From an uncultured Methanobrevibacter sp. (GTDB lineage: Archaea > Methanobacteriota > Methanobacteria > Methanobacteriales > Methanobacteriaceae): a stretch of 64,000 bases of DNA. The stretch spans positions 9,883-73,882 of the forward strand of contig CACWUH010000001.1 of the NCBI GenBank assembly GCA_902764015.1, written 5' to 3'. Shown here piece by piece: positions 9,870 to 19,805 of the stretch (position 1 is its first letter; every line of letters starts with the position of its first letter). Below the pieces are notes generated by a model. That model searched no databases, was not told where the DNA came from, and saw nothing but the letters and a program-made list of their open reading frames with translations. Position numbers and translations under genes: made by a program.

Positions 9870-11077
9870 AAATTGATTGATTGGTCTGGTTGTATCTGCT
9901 GGCCGCTCCATGCTTTTTTACTACTCCATTCCTCGGACGGTAATTCCCAGAACGCATCTTCAGCCTTCAAGCCTAAAGCCACGAACACCGCACAGCATGC
10001 ATAAAGACTGCCCGTATTAATGTTGTCTTCGCAGATTTCTGTTTGTGACGCATTCAATCCGCATAAAAGCCATCCTTCAGAGTTGAAGTTCTGATTGCCT
10101 TCGAACTGTTTTTTAATGACCTCTGTCAGCGCACCTCTGACCTGTGCAGGAGAGACGTTTCTAGGCAAAATCTTCAATAGGGCGGCCTGTGAAAGCAGGT
10201 GGAAAATGCCGCAGCGATAGGACAGGGCCTTGCCCAAAAGCGGATATGTTCCTTCAGGAGAAATCATCCTTTCAAGCTGAGATGCAAGTCTGGAGGATCT
10301 CATCAGCTGCACATCCAAAAATTCCCCATCGCGAAGGCCGTACTTTCTCATTACGCCCAAAATATCGTTAAGCATAGGATGAATAACCAAGCTGTTAAAG
10401 TAATCCGCTTCAAAATCCGCGCCGTTAGAGTATATTGCATCGCCTATATAGAATTCGTCCCTGAACTTGGAAACGGCATATGTCAGCCTTTCCATATCGC
10501 ATTCGCCGGTGAATTCCAGAAGGGCAGCCTCAATCATTGATGTAAAAAGCAGCCAATGATTTTCATAAGGCGCTATGATTCTTGTATTTTTTAGTTCGCG
10601 GATTATTCTGGCCTGAACATCCATAGGTAAATTGAGCCAAATCTGGTTTTTGGCCCTGAGTAATCCTTGAGCAAATAAAGCAACATCAACCAAAGATTGT
10701 TTAGGCTCCACAACAAAAATAAAATCATTGCTGTTTGAGCTGACTGCATTCCTGATGCACTGCAAGGTAAATCTAATATACTTCTCACGGACTTTGCCTT
10801 CCTCTGATGTGTCTGCTCCCAATTCCAGCCATGGAGCAATTCCGTTGAATACACGAGCGAAAGCTTCAAGATAAGCGAACTTTTGTCCTTCGGAAGTGTT
10901 TGATTCAAAGGGCATGGTTTTTTTAAGTGATCCCTTTGACAAATTGTTCAGGACAGGGAATGCTATTTTTTGCATTGTTGAAACCCAAAAAATCCTATCT
11001 TCCCAGACAGGAGCTTCTTCCTCAATTACTGGAGGTTCCTCTTCTTTTTTGAATCTTTTGAAAAATGAGTTGCTCAT
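9866..11077 (-). CDS. DUF2264-family protein
   Basis: LEAFAR...GIAPWLE, QSLVDVA, ERMISPEGTYP, NTGSLY resemble DUF2264. Confidence 0.7.
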   Translation of the reverse strand: MSNSFFKRFKKEEEPPVIEEEAPVWEDRIFWVSTMQKIAFPVLNNLSKGSLKKTMPFESNTSEGQKFAYLEAFARVFNGIAPWLELGADTSEEGKVREKYIRFTLQCIRNAVSSNSNDFIFVVEPKQSLVDVALFAQGLLRAKNQIWLNLPMDVQARIIRELKNTRIIAPYENHWLLFTSMIEAALLEFTGECDMERLTYAVSKFRDEFYIGDAIYSNGADFEADYFNSLVIHPMLNDILGVMRKYGLRDGEFLDVQLMRSSRLASQLERMISPEGTYPLLGKALSYRCGIFHLLSQAALLKILPRNVSPAQVRGALTEVIKKQFEGNQNFNSEGWLLCGLNASQTEICEDNINTGSLYACCAVFVALGLKAEDAFWELPSEEWSSKKAWSGQQIQPDQSINF

Positions 11078-11172
11078 GATTTATATTTTGTTGGACATTA
11101 TATATAAATATTAAAAAGAGTTTATATATCTTGTTAAACATAAACATTTATCATAATTAAGAGGTTGAAAAT

Positions 11173-12417
11173 ATGCCAACAATGTCTGAAAAAATATTAG
11201 CTAAAGCTTCAGGAAAAGAGAGCGTTGAAGCTGGAGATATCATCATAGCAAATATTGATATAGCAATGACTCACGATTTAACCGGACCTCTTTCAGTACA
11301 GTCTTTCGAGAAAATTGGAGCCGAAAAGGTTTGGGATCCATCGAAAATAGTCATACCGTTTGACCATCAGGTTCCAGCTGACTCAATCGACTCGGCCAAC
11401 AACCACATACTGATGCGAAAATTCGTAAAAGAGCAAGGTATCGAGAATTTCTATGATGTGAACGCTGGTGTCTGCCATCAGATTCTGCCTGAAAAGGGCC
11501 ATGTAGTACCTGGAAACGTTATAGTAGGTGCCGATTCGCATACCTGCACCCACGGCGCTTTGGGAGCATTTGCTACAGGCATCGGTTCGACCGATATGGC
11601 CATGGTGTTTGCCGAAGGCAACCTGTGGTTCAAGGTGCCTGAAACCAACAGATTCAACATTACTGGAAAATTACAAGATAATGTTTACGCTAAAGATGTG
11701 ATATTGCACATCATCGGTATGATGGGCGCTGACGGCTCAACATACAAGGCCTGCGAGTTTGCAGGCAATACCGTCTCGGACATGAGCGTTTCAGACAGGA
11801 TGGTTTTATGCAATATGGCAATTGAGATGGGTGGAAAGACAGGTCTGGTGGAGCCGGACCAAAAGACAATTGATTATGTTGAAAAGCGCTCAAATAAACC
11901 TTATGAAATATTTAAAACTGATTTGGACTCAGATTCACTTAATATAATTGACATTGACGTTGATGATTTGGAGCCTCAGGTTGCCTGTCCCCACAATGTG
12001 GACAACGTGAAGCCTGTAAGCGAGGTTGACGTTGAAATCGACCAGGTGTTTTTAGGCTCATGCACCAACGGAAGAATAAGCGACCTTAGGGATGCCGCAA
12101 GGATTTTAAAAGGCAATAGGATAGCCGAAAATACCAGAATGCTGGTGATACCTGCATCAAGGGAGGTCTACTCAATGGCATTGGACGAAGGACTAATCAA
12201 GATATTCGTCGATGCAGGAGCACTCGTATCAGCCCCATGCTGCGGACCGTGCCTTGGAGGCCATACCGGCATAATAGGGCCTGGCGAAGTAAGCCTTTCC
12301 ACATCCAACAGAAACTTCAAGGGACGACAGGGAAGTCCTGACGGAAAAGTCTATTTATCCTCAGCCGCTGTCGCTGCAGCTTCAGCGATTGAGGGAAGAA
12401 TCGTGGCACCGGAGTGA
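11173..12417 (+). CDS. leuC: 3-isopropylmalate dehydratase large subunit (aconitase family)
   Basis: [29 protein letters not shown] motifs; clustered with the small subunit and a dehydrogenase. Confidence 0.85.
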   Translation: MPTMSEKILAKASGKESVEAGDIIIANIDIAMTHDLTGPLSVQSFEKIGAEKVWDPSKIVIPFDHQVPADSIDSANNHILMRKFVKEQGIENFYDVNAGVCHQILPEKGHVVPGNVIVGADSHTCTHGALGAFATGIGSTDMAMVFAEGNLWFKVPETNRFNITGKLQDNVYAKDVILHIIGMMGADGSTYKACEFAGNTVSDMSVSDRMVLCNMAIEMGGKTGLVEPDQKTIDYVEKRSNKPYEIFKTDLDSDSLNIIDIDVDDLEPQVACPHNVDNVKPVSEVDVEIDQVFLGSCTNGRISDLRDAARILKGNRIAENTRMLVIPASREVYSMALDEGLIKIFVDAGALVSAPCCGPCLGGHTGIIGPGEVSLSTSNRNFKGRQGSPDGKVYLSSAAVAAASAIEGRIVAPE

Positions 12418-12421
12418 TTAC

Positions 12422-12901
12422 ATGAAAGGAACAGCTTGGAAATTTGGAAACGACATTGACACAGACATCATAGTTCCGGGAAGATATCTGATTTATACAG
12501 ATGAGGAGACCTTGGCAAGCCACTGTATGGAAGGCCTTGATGCCGATTTTGACAGGAAATGCAAAAAGGGAGACTTCATCGTGGCCGGAACAAACTTCGG
12601 ATGCGGCTCTTCAAGGGAGCATGCGCCTATTGCGCTTAAAGGCGTCGGCGTGTCAGCCGTTATTGCGGAATCCTTTGCAAGGATATTTTACAGAAACGCT
12701 ACTAATGTGGGAGTTCCCCTTCTGGAAGCTCCCGGAATTACAAAAATCATAGAGAATGGAGATGAAATAGAAGTGGATATGGATGAAGGAATTATTACCG
12801 CTTCAAATGGCGAGAAAATCGAATTCAAGAAATTGCCTCCATTCATGCTTGAAATACTAAATCAGGGTGGTTTGATTGAATACCTCAAGAACAAAAGATA
12901 A
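12422..12901 (+). CDS. leuD: 3-isopropylmalate dehydratase small subunit
   Basis: DTDIIVPGRYLIY (YLxY, IPMI-type rather than homoaconitase YLRT), NFGCGSSREHA. Confidence 0.85.
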   Translation: MKGTAWKFGNDIDTDIIVPGRYLIYTDEETLASHCMEGLDADFDRKCKKGDFIVAGTNFGCGSSREHAPIALKGVGVSAVIAESFARIFYRNATNVGVPLLEAPGITKIIENGDEIEVDMDEGIITASNGEKIEFKKLPPFMLEILNQGGLIEYLKNKR

Positions 12902-13883
12902 GTATCAGATAGCTGTCGTTCCGGGTGACGGAATCGGCAAGGAGGTCATGAAGGCGACATTGAAAGTTCTGGACGCATTGGACATTGAATTTGAATACGT
13001 TTATGGCGATGCGGGAGACGAATGCCTTGAAAGGACAGGCACTGCACTGCCAAAAGAGACTTTGGACATTATCAGACAAGCCGATGCATGCCTATTCGGT
13101 GCTGCAGGCGAGACCGCAGCTGATGTCATCGTCAAGATACGCCAGGAAATGAAGATGTTCGCTAATTTAAGGCCTGTCAAGGCTTATCCTAATACCAACT
13201 CATTGTATGACGATATTGACTTTATGATCGTACGCGAAAATACGGAAGGAATGTACATTGCAGACGAGGAATCATATACTGATGACGGAGCAATAGCAAG
13301 ACGCATAATCACAAGAGAAGCCGAAAGGCGCATCATAGACTATGCATTCAGATATGCAAAGGAAAACAACAGGACAAAGGTGACAGGCGTTCATAAGGCC
13401 AATGTGCTCAAAAAAACCGACGGATTGTTTCGCGAAATCTTCTATGAAGTTGCAGAGGACTATCCAGACATTGCAACCGAGGACTTTTACGTGGATGCAA
13501 CCGCAATGTATCTCATCACTCAGCCGGAAAGCTTTGAAGTCATCGTGACAACCAATCTTTTCGGAGATATCCTGTCCGATGAAGGGGCGGGCCTTGTCGG
13601 AGGACTTGGCTTGATTCCATCGGCGAATATTGGTGAAGATGGTGCACTGTTTGAGCCTGTCCATGGCTCAGCGCCTGACATTGCAGGCCAGAACAAGGCA
13701 AATCCGATAGCAATGATGCTTTCGGCGATAATGATGCTTAGGTATTTAGGCGAAAACGACGAAGCCGACAGATTTGAGGCTTCAATACTGAAAGTATTAA
13801 ATGACGCTAATACTTTGACCGGTGATTTGGGCGGTTCAGCTACAACCGACGAACTGACCGGTGAAGTTATAAATAACTTATAA
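12876..13883 (+). CDS. leuB: 3-isopropylmalate dehydrogenase
   Basis: PGDGIGKEV, RENTEG, HKANV, NLFGDILSD, EPVHGSAPDIAG motifs; operon with leuCD. Confidence 0.8.
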   Translation: MNTSRTKDKYQIAVVPGDGIGKEVMKATLKVLDALDIEFEYVYGDAGDECLERTGTALPKETLDIIRQADACLFGAAGETAADVIVKIRQEMKMFANLRPVKAYPNTNSLYDDIDFMIVRENTEGMYIADEESYTDDGAIARRIITREAERRIIDYAFRYAKENNRTKVTGVHKANVLKKTDGLFREIFYEVAEDYPDIATEDFYVDATAMYLITQPESFEVIVTTNLFGDILSDEGAGLVGGLGLIPSANIGEDGALFEPVHGSAPDIAGQNKANPIAMMLSAIMMLRYLGENDEADRFEASILKVLNDANTLTGDLGGSATTDELTGEVINNL

Positions 13884-13898
13884 AGGAGATATAATAAT

Positions 13899-14012
13899 AT
13901 GAATTTCAAAAAGTTAACCAAAATGCAAATGGCGGCCCTTTTTATCATATTCATTATGGTAGTAAGTGGTGTAGCAGGATTTTTACTCATTATATTTGGT
14001 GGCAGCGGATAG
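13899..14012 (+). CDS. 37-aa single-TM small protein
   Basis: AAGGAG SD; MNFKKLTKMQMAALFIIFIMVVSGVAGFLLIIFGGSG; fills the leuB-ribH gap. Confidence 0.7.
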   Translation: MNFKKLTKMQMAALFIIFIMVVSGVAGFLLIIFGGSG

Positions 14013-14033
14013 ACAAAAAAGAGGATTGATAAA

Positions 14034-14450
14034 ATGGCAAGATATGAAATAGCAGCAGTAGTTGCTGAATTCAACTACGATATTACACAAATGATGTTAG
14101 AACTCGCTCAAGCAGAAGCAAAGAACAGAGGCTGTGAAATCACAAAAGTGGTTGCAGTTCCAGGCGTATTCGACATGCCTCTCGTAATCAAGAAACTATT
14201 GCAGAAAGGCGAATACGATGCAATCATCACTCTCGGTGCAGTGATTGAAGGCGCAACCGACCACGACCAGATTGTGGCACAGCACGCTTCCCGTAAGATT
14301 GCAGATCTGGCTCTTGAATATGACACTCCAGTTGCACTCGGCATTACCGGTCCGGGAATGACTAGAATGGATGCTCACAGACGTGTCAAAAACGCAAAAA
14401 GCGCTGTTGAAGCAGCCATCAAAATGTGCGACAGACTAAAAGAGATCTAG
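14034..14450 (+). CDS. ribH: 6,7-dimethyl-8-ribityllumazine synthase
   Basis: AEFNYDIT, VPGVFDMP, LGAVIEGATDHD motifs. Confidence 0.95.
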   Translation: MARYEIAAVVAEFNYDITQMMLELAQAEAKNRGCEITKVVAVPGVFDMPLVIKKLLQKGEYDAIITLGAVIEGATDHDQIVAQHASRKIADLALEYDTPVALGITGPGMTRMDAHRRVKNAKSAVEAAIKMCDRLKEI

Positions 14451-14457
14451 TGATTAG

Positions 14458-15399
14458 ATGGAAATTCTAAAGCCTAACGAACTTAAGGAAAAATTTGATG
14501 ACCCCTGGATAGCGCCATACGAAAAGGTGCTTACAATGGTTGACGGCGACAAGGTGGAGCTTGTCGAATACCATCCATGCATTTCAGGGTCCCACTGGCT
14601 TTTGCATCAATACAGGAACAATTCCGAGTTGATCGATTCCGCCTACCGTGACGGCAACAAGCATGTCTACAGATGCCACATCGGAAGGGCTCCTTTGGAT
14701 TTGAAGGCAAGTTTTAATGCGGCCGGAATCGATGAAATTGTCGTTGACGGCGATGAGGTGAAGGTCACCCATGCAGGACTTGCCGGAGCCGGAGTTGGAG
14801 CCGGAATGTGCAGAGGAATGGGCGAAGGCGTCAAATATGTTGAGCTTATTCAAGTTGGAGGAGGCTCAAAGGAAGGCAAGGCAACAGTCGTTACCCCAAA
14901 ACTTGAAAAGGTTGTCATCGGCGTTGACGATACCGATACAAAGGATGCCGGCGCCACCTGGACAATGGCCCATAACTTAGGCGTTGAACTTGCGGGCATG
15001 GGTTTCGAATATCTGGACCACATTATCGTTCAGCTCTATCCACACAACCCTCACAAAACCCAGAACTGCGTTTCAATCGCTTTGACATTTGCTGTTGAAA
15101 GCGATAAAAAGCAGGACCTGATTGATAATGTCATTGAAATACTCAAAAGAGATACATTATCCGATAAAACTGCAATAGCCATTCTGGAAGGCTTGGACAT
15201 TCCCGAAAAACTGAGAGAGTATTCAATCGCCACAAAATCCGGAATGATGGATGTCGAGACTGCTGAAAAAGTAGCTAAAGAATTGGACATTCCATTGATT
15301 GCGGTTACCGGTGAGCAAGGTAAAGTCGGTGCTCTTGCAGCGCTCGGACTTTATGATGATGTTGAGGAAGCCGTAAAGGCTTATGAAAAAGAAATCTAG
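14458..15399 (+). CDS. Methanogenesis marker protein 11
   Basis: HAGLAGAGVG, IGVDDTD...GATW, VQLYP..PHKTQNC, VGALAALG motifs. Confidence 0.8.
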   Translation: MEILKPNELKEKFDDPWIAPYEKVLTMVDGDKVELVEYHPCISGSHWLLHQYRNNSELIDSAYRDGNKHVYRCHIGRAPLDLKASFNAAGIDEIVVDGDEVKVTHAGLAGAGVGAGMCRGMGEGVKYVELIQVGGGSKEGKATVVTPKLEKVVIGVDDTDTKDAGATWTMAHNLGVELAGMGFEYLDHIIVQLYPHNPHKTQNCVSIALTFAVESDKKQDLIDNVIEILKRDTLSDKTAIAILEGLDIPEKLREYSIATKSGMMDVETAEKVAKELDIPLIAVTGEQGKVGALAALGLYDDVEEAVKAYEKEI

Positions 15400-15654
15400 A
15401 TAATCATTCTAGATTTTAACTTATTTTTTTAATTTTCGCAAAAATAGATTTTTAAAGATGTGAAATGACCCCATTGAAAAAATAAACTCGAAAAAATCAA
15501 ATAGGGTCATGAATCACATCGGTTTTGTCATACGTTTGCTTTTATTTGAAAAATCTTTTTTTTCAAAAAAATTGTAACAAACAAGGCATATGTCCCACCC
15601 TCCTGCCCAAATACGGTGAAATCCCTTCACCATATTTCTAAACATATGACATAA

Positions 15655-18294
15655 TCATTTGAAGATGCACAATGTTTCATCCTTGTTCATATCATGATAT
15701 AACTCCGCCTTTTCATCTTCGAAGTCTATTACCTGTATCATGGAATATACCTCTTCGCTCAGATTAGGATTGATGTCCTCCAGTATATTTGGATAATCGA
15801 AGACCATGTCCTTGTTGAACTCTATTTTCTTCTCGTTTTCAAACAGTGCACCATAGTATATGTCCGCTTCCACAAGGTCCTGGAACATGTGGCTTCCGAA
15901 GGAAAGCTCCGGCATGTATCCGACTTCGCTGTATGACTCCTCAAGGATTGCGGAGAAATGGCTAATATCGGCAAACACCACAGGGATTCCAAGCTCAGGC
16001 GAGGATGTGCCTATCCTTCCTGGAACTATCAGGATGGCTGTCTTGCCGTTGTTCTTGCAGTAGGCATTCACGTCACTGATCACCCGGGATATTGAGCTTT
16101 TCTGGGCATATGGATATTCGTAGTACTTGTGCGGGTCGACATAGCAGATCGTGTCTATTGTGTTTTTTCTTGACATTCCCATTGAGGATTCCTTGATGTG
16201 GAAGAATACATCCTTGTCTTCAGGCATTTCAATGGCCTCATTGTTTACTGAAACCTGGAGAGGGCGGCATTGAAGCAGGTTTATGTTGAATGAATTGTCC
16301 TCCCCGACATTGACTGTATATTCAATGTCGACAGGATAGTCATATGCGGTCTGCAGCGTGCTCAGAATCTCCTTCATCTCCTCGATGAATTCCTGATTCT
16401 TAACGATTCCCTCACAGTTGACAAAGACTATTTCACGGCGCTGCCCACGGTCACGAAACATCCTTTCGGCTTCACGGTCATGCTCGACAAGAATTCTTTT
16501 TGCATATCTCGGAATTATGTCAAGGCCCTCATCGACCGGAATGTCATGGAGGCTGATGTTTTTAAGGTCGATGACGTCAAGGTAATGCTGGGAATACCTG
16601 TGCTTTTCCCTTATGTCCTTGGTGAGGGTCACTTCAGGCTTGTCGAGATTGATGATTCTAGGATAGTCCTTTTTTGTCCTGTCGACAGCCTTTGTACCAA
16701 GCCCCATTACAAGCCTGAGCATTCCCTTGCTGTTGTCCATGTCCGGAAGCGGGGAATATGGGCTGTATGAGAATCCCACACCTGCAGCGGTCGGGAAGAA
16801 GTAGTCCCCATGATAGGAACCTGAAACCCTCTGAACCAGAAGGGCCATCTGCTCGTCGGTGTCGTCTAGACCGTTTATTTTCCTGTATTCCAAAGCGGAA
16901 ATGTTCATGGTACTTGAATATACGGTTTTCACCGCCTCCTCAAAGGCGGCCAGACGCTCTTCAAGGCTTCCCCTGTTTACGCAAAATACTGATTCGTATT
17001 TGCCCGCAAATGCATTTCCGTATCCGTCCTCAAGGAAACTGCTTGAACGCACGATGATAGGATTCTGTCCAAAGTAATCCAGTATGCGTATGAATTCATT
17101 CTTGATTCCATCCGGAAAGCTTCCGTTTTTGAGGGCTTCCTCAAGCTCCTTGCCGTATTTGTAGTACCCTTCAGGGGTTCTCTGCTTTACGCGAAGGTCC
17201 CACAGGTCATTTGAGACAATGTAGGTATAGAACAAATCGGAGCCTATATAGAAGGAATCATCCGGCTCGAAATTGGCGTATATGTCCGGACGGTCCTTTT
17301 CTATTATCTTTCTTGCAAGAAGCATTCCGCAGGACTTACCACCTACAAGTCCGCTTCCAACACGTCGGTCGTAGATTGTTGTATAATCCTCAAATGTGAA
17401 GTATTCCTTGATTTTCGAAAGCATCTTTTCATCTTTCGTCATCATCAGCTCACAGATCTTGTCGCACTCCTCGTCGATGTTCTTTCCTTCCTCATACTCC
17501 CTTCTCACCTGAATCATGTACCTTTCCCAGCTGTCCAGGGTACGTCCATCCTGGTATTTGTCGGAATTGATGGTCTTGTAGTACTTGCTTACTTCCTGGC
17601 CATCCTGCAGGACCTTGACGAAGCCTGTCTGAGGATTGAACTTGTGGCCCAGAAACATTGTCTGGGAATACCTGTTCCATACCTTCAATGGGGAAACGTA
17701 GACTTCCTCAGGGGAATTGGAGTATACGTTGAGGAAAAGCTGTGTGGTTTCGCGTATCTTTGCTATGGCATCATATGAATGCCTTCCGCGAATGATCGGG
17801 AAATATGCAACGGTATCCAATTGGAACAGGAACGGGCATGTGACCTTGAAGAAATTTCCCATCATCAAATCCGTTGACCATACCGCCTGAAGGTCGCTCA
17901 GGCAGTCAAAGACATAGAATGCGTCAAAGCCTTCCTTTTCTATGATTCTGTGAACTTCAAGAGTGAATGTCTCGAACTGGTTGTACGGGTTCACCTTATA
18001 TATCTTTATTCCGTCACGCTCTATCATGCAGAACTCGGTGTCGGGATTTTCCTGTTCGATTTCAAGCAGCCTGAAATCTTCATCAGTCATCTCTATCAAT
18101 GGAGGATGATTTGCAAACCGGATGTATATCAGGTTCCTGTTGTCCTTCTTCGCTTGCTTCACATAAGGATTGACAAAGTAGGAAAATTCGTTGAGGTTCG
18201 TCACGTTCCATACTACATTGTCTCCCAAACGAATATTGTCCAAAGCCTTGTCAAGCCCCGGAATTCCTGTTTTGATTCTATCGAATGCGGCCAT
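15655..18294 (-). CDS. PEP/pyruvate-binding (dikinase ATP-grasp) domain protein with KaiC-like N-terminus
   Basis: RIKTGIPGLDKAL; VGGKS, VRSSSFLEDG..AFAGKY, GLGT, DIEY..LLQCRP; C-terminal SFGSH. Confidence 0.8.
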   Translation of the reverse strand: MAAFDRIKTGIPGLDKALDNIRLGDNVVWNVTNLNEFSYFVNPYVKQAKKDNRNLIYIRFANHPPLIEMTDEDFRLLEIEQENPDTEFCMIERDGIKIYKVNPYNQFETFTLEVHRIIEKEGFDAFYVFDCLSDLQAVWSTDLMMGNFFKVTCPFLFQLDTVAYFPIIRGRHSYDAIAKIRETTQLFLNVYSNSPEEVYVSPLKVWNRYSQTMFLGHKFNPQTGFVKVLQDGQEVSKYYKTINSDKYQDGRTLDSWERYMIQVRREYEEGKNIDEECDKICELMMTKDEKMLSKIKEYFTFEDYTTIYDRRVGSGLVGGKSCGMLLARKIIEKDRPDIYANFEPDDSFYIGSDLFYTYIVSNDLWDLRVKQRTPEGYYKYGKELEEALKNGSFPDGIKNEFIRILDYFGQNPIIVRSSSFLEDGYGNAFAGKYESVFCVNRGSLEERLAAFEEAVKTVYSSTMNISALEYRKINGLDDTDEQMALLVQRVSGSYHGDYFFPTAAGVGFSYSPYSPLPDMDNSKGMLRLVMGLGTKAVDRTKKDYPRIINLDKPEVTLTKDIREKHRYSQHYLDVIDLKNISLHDIPVDEGLDIIPRYAKRILVEHDREAERMFRDRGQRREIVFVNCEGIVKNQEFIEEMKEILSTLQTAYDYPVDIEYTVNVGEDNSFNINLLQCRPLQVSVNNEAIEMPEDKDVFFHIKESSMGMSRKNTIDTICYVDPHKYYEYPYAQKSSISRVISDVNAYCKNNGKTAILIVPGRIGTSSPELGIPVVFADISHFSAILEESYSEVGYMPELSFGSHMFQDLVEADIYYGALFENEKKIEFNKDMVFDYPNILEDINPNLSEEVYSMIQVIDFEDEKAELYHDMNKDETLCIFK

Positions 18295-18317
18295 AATAAT
18301 ATCTCCTAATGTTATCT

Positions 18318-19805
18318 TTAATATTGCTTGCTCACCATCGGCACTCCAGTCAACTGTGAAGCCTCCATAGTCAATGCTACCAAATCTTCACGTTCAAGAT
18401 TCTCTATATCGGTGTTTCCTGCCTGTTGGGTTAAAGCCGTTACTTCCTGAGTCATCGCTTCTATATAATTTGCAACCTGCTGGCCTTTCCTTATAGGGTC
18501 AAGCCTTCTTCTAAGGACTCTGTCCTGCGTAGCAATTCCTTTCGGACAGATTCCTTCAGAACAGCTTTGGCAGACCTTACATCCTATTGATATCAATGCG
18601 GATGTGGCGACATACACTGCATCGGCACCCAAAGCTATGGCCTTGGCCACGTCGGCTCCGGACCTTATTCCTCCGGCTGCCACAAGGCTCACTTCGCTTC
18701 TCAGGTTAATGTCCTTAAGCGCATCGTCGGCCTTCACTATAGCTTCAATCGTAGGGATTCCTGCGTGTTCGGTGACCACCTCAGGTCCTGCACCGGTTCC
18801 TCCCTGCATACCGTCGACCACGATTATGTCTGCGCCTGCCTTTGCGGCAATCTTTACATCCTGCTCTACCCTGCCTGATGCGAATTTGACAATAATCGGC
18901 ACTTTCCAGTCGGTGATTTCCCTCAGCTGGTTGATCTTCATGCCCAAATCCTCAGGACCGACGATGTCCATGTGCCTGGCCGGACTCAATGCTGAGGTTC
19001 CTTCGGGAATGTTTCTGACCCTTGCCACCTCGGCAGTCACCTTATGGGCAAGAAGGTGTCCTCCCATACCGGATTTTGCGCCCTGCCCTATCTTTATCTC
19101 GACAGCCTCTGCATTGTTTAGATACTCAGCCGATACTCCAAAACGGCCTGATGCATACTGGGCAATGAGCTTGTCGGCATTCTCCCTTTCTTCGGGAAGC
19201 ATTCCGCCTTCACCGGTGTTGGTTATTGAGCCCACCTTGCTGCTTCCGATGGCCAGTGCTATCTTTGCTTCCTTGCTCAGTGCACCAAAGGACATTGCCC
19301 CGATCATGATTGGAGTGTCTATCTCAATAGGATTTTCCGCAAACCTGTCTCCAAGCACGACTGAAGTCTTGCATGCCTCCCTGTATGAATCGATTGGAGG
19401 CCTTGAAACCTGTGCAGGCAATATGCTCAAGTCATCAAATGTCGGGATTTTTCTGGTCAATCCGCATCCGCGCACCTTATATGCTCCACTTTGGCTTTTA
19501 CGCTTGATTTCAACCATTGTTGAGTTTGACCATACGCCTCTTCCCTCATCTACAAGAGGCCTGACGTATATCGCATGTGTCGGACACATCTCTTCACAGA
19601 TTTTGCATCCTACACAGTTTTCCTGATGTATAGGAAGCGGTTCGTCATTGATCACCTCATATACGTCGTGAGGGCAATTTGAATAGCAGCTGTAACAGTT
19701 CTTACATGCTGACTTTTTGGGATTGTCACATAAATACCAGCAGCAGCCTGGCCTGTCATTGTTCTGTCTGCATATCTCTATTTTCCTTTCTACAGTGAAT
19801 GACAT
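18318..19805 (-). CDS. Archaeal glutamate synthase, FMN-binding subunit with N-terminal ferredoxin
   Basis: AMSFGALS, NTGEGG, QYASGRFGV, EIKIGQGAK, CPKGIATQD; two CxxCxxC clusters. Confidence 0.93.
   Translation of the reverse strand: MSFTVERKIEICRQNNDRPGCCWYLCDNPKKSACKNCYSCYSNCPHDVYEVINDEPLPIHQENCVGCKICEEMCPTHAIYVRPLVDEGRGVWSNSTMVEIKRKSQSGAYKVRGCGLTRKIPTFDDLSILPAQVSRPPIDSYREACKTSVVLGDRFAENPIEIDTPIMIGAMSFGALSKEAKIALAIGSSKVGSITNTGEGGMLPEERENADKLIAQYASGRFGVSAEYLNNAEAVEIKIGQGAKSGMGGHLLAHKVTAEVARVRNIPEGTSALSPARHMDIVGPEDLGMKINQLREITDWKVPIIVKFASGRVEQDVKIAAKAGADIIVVDGMQGGTGAGPEVVTEHAGIPTIEAIVKADDALKDINLRSEVSLVAAGGIRSGADVAKAIALGADAVYVATSALISIGCKVCQSCSEGICPKGIATQDRVLRRRLDPIRKGQQVANYIEAMTQEVTALTQQAGNTDIENLEREDLVALTMEASQLTGVPMVSKQY

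Noticed and set aside
18604-19626. 340-aa plus-strand ORF and the many other antisense ORFs in the track
   Set aside because: Shadow frames of well-supported genes on the opposite strand
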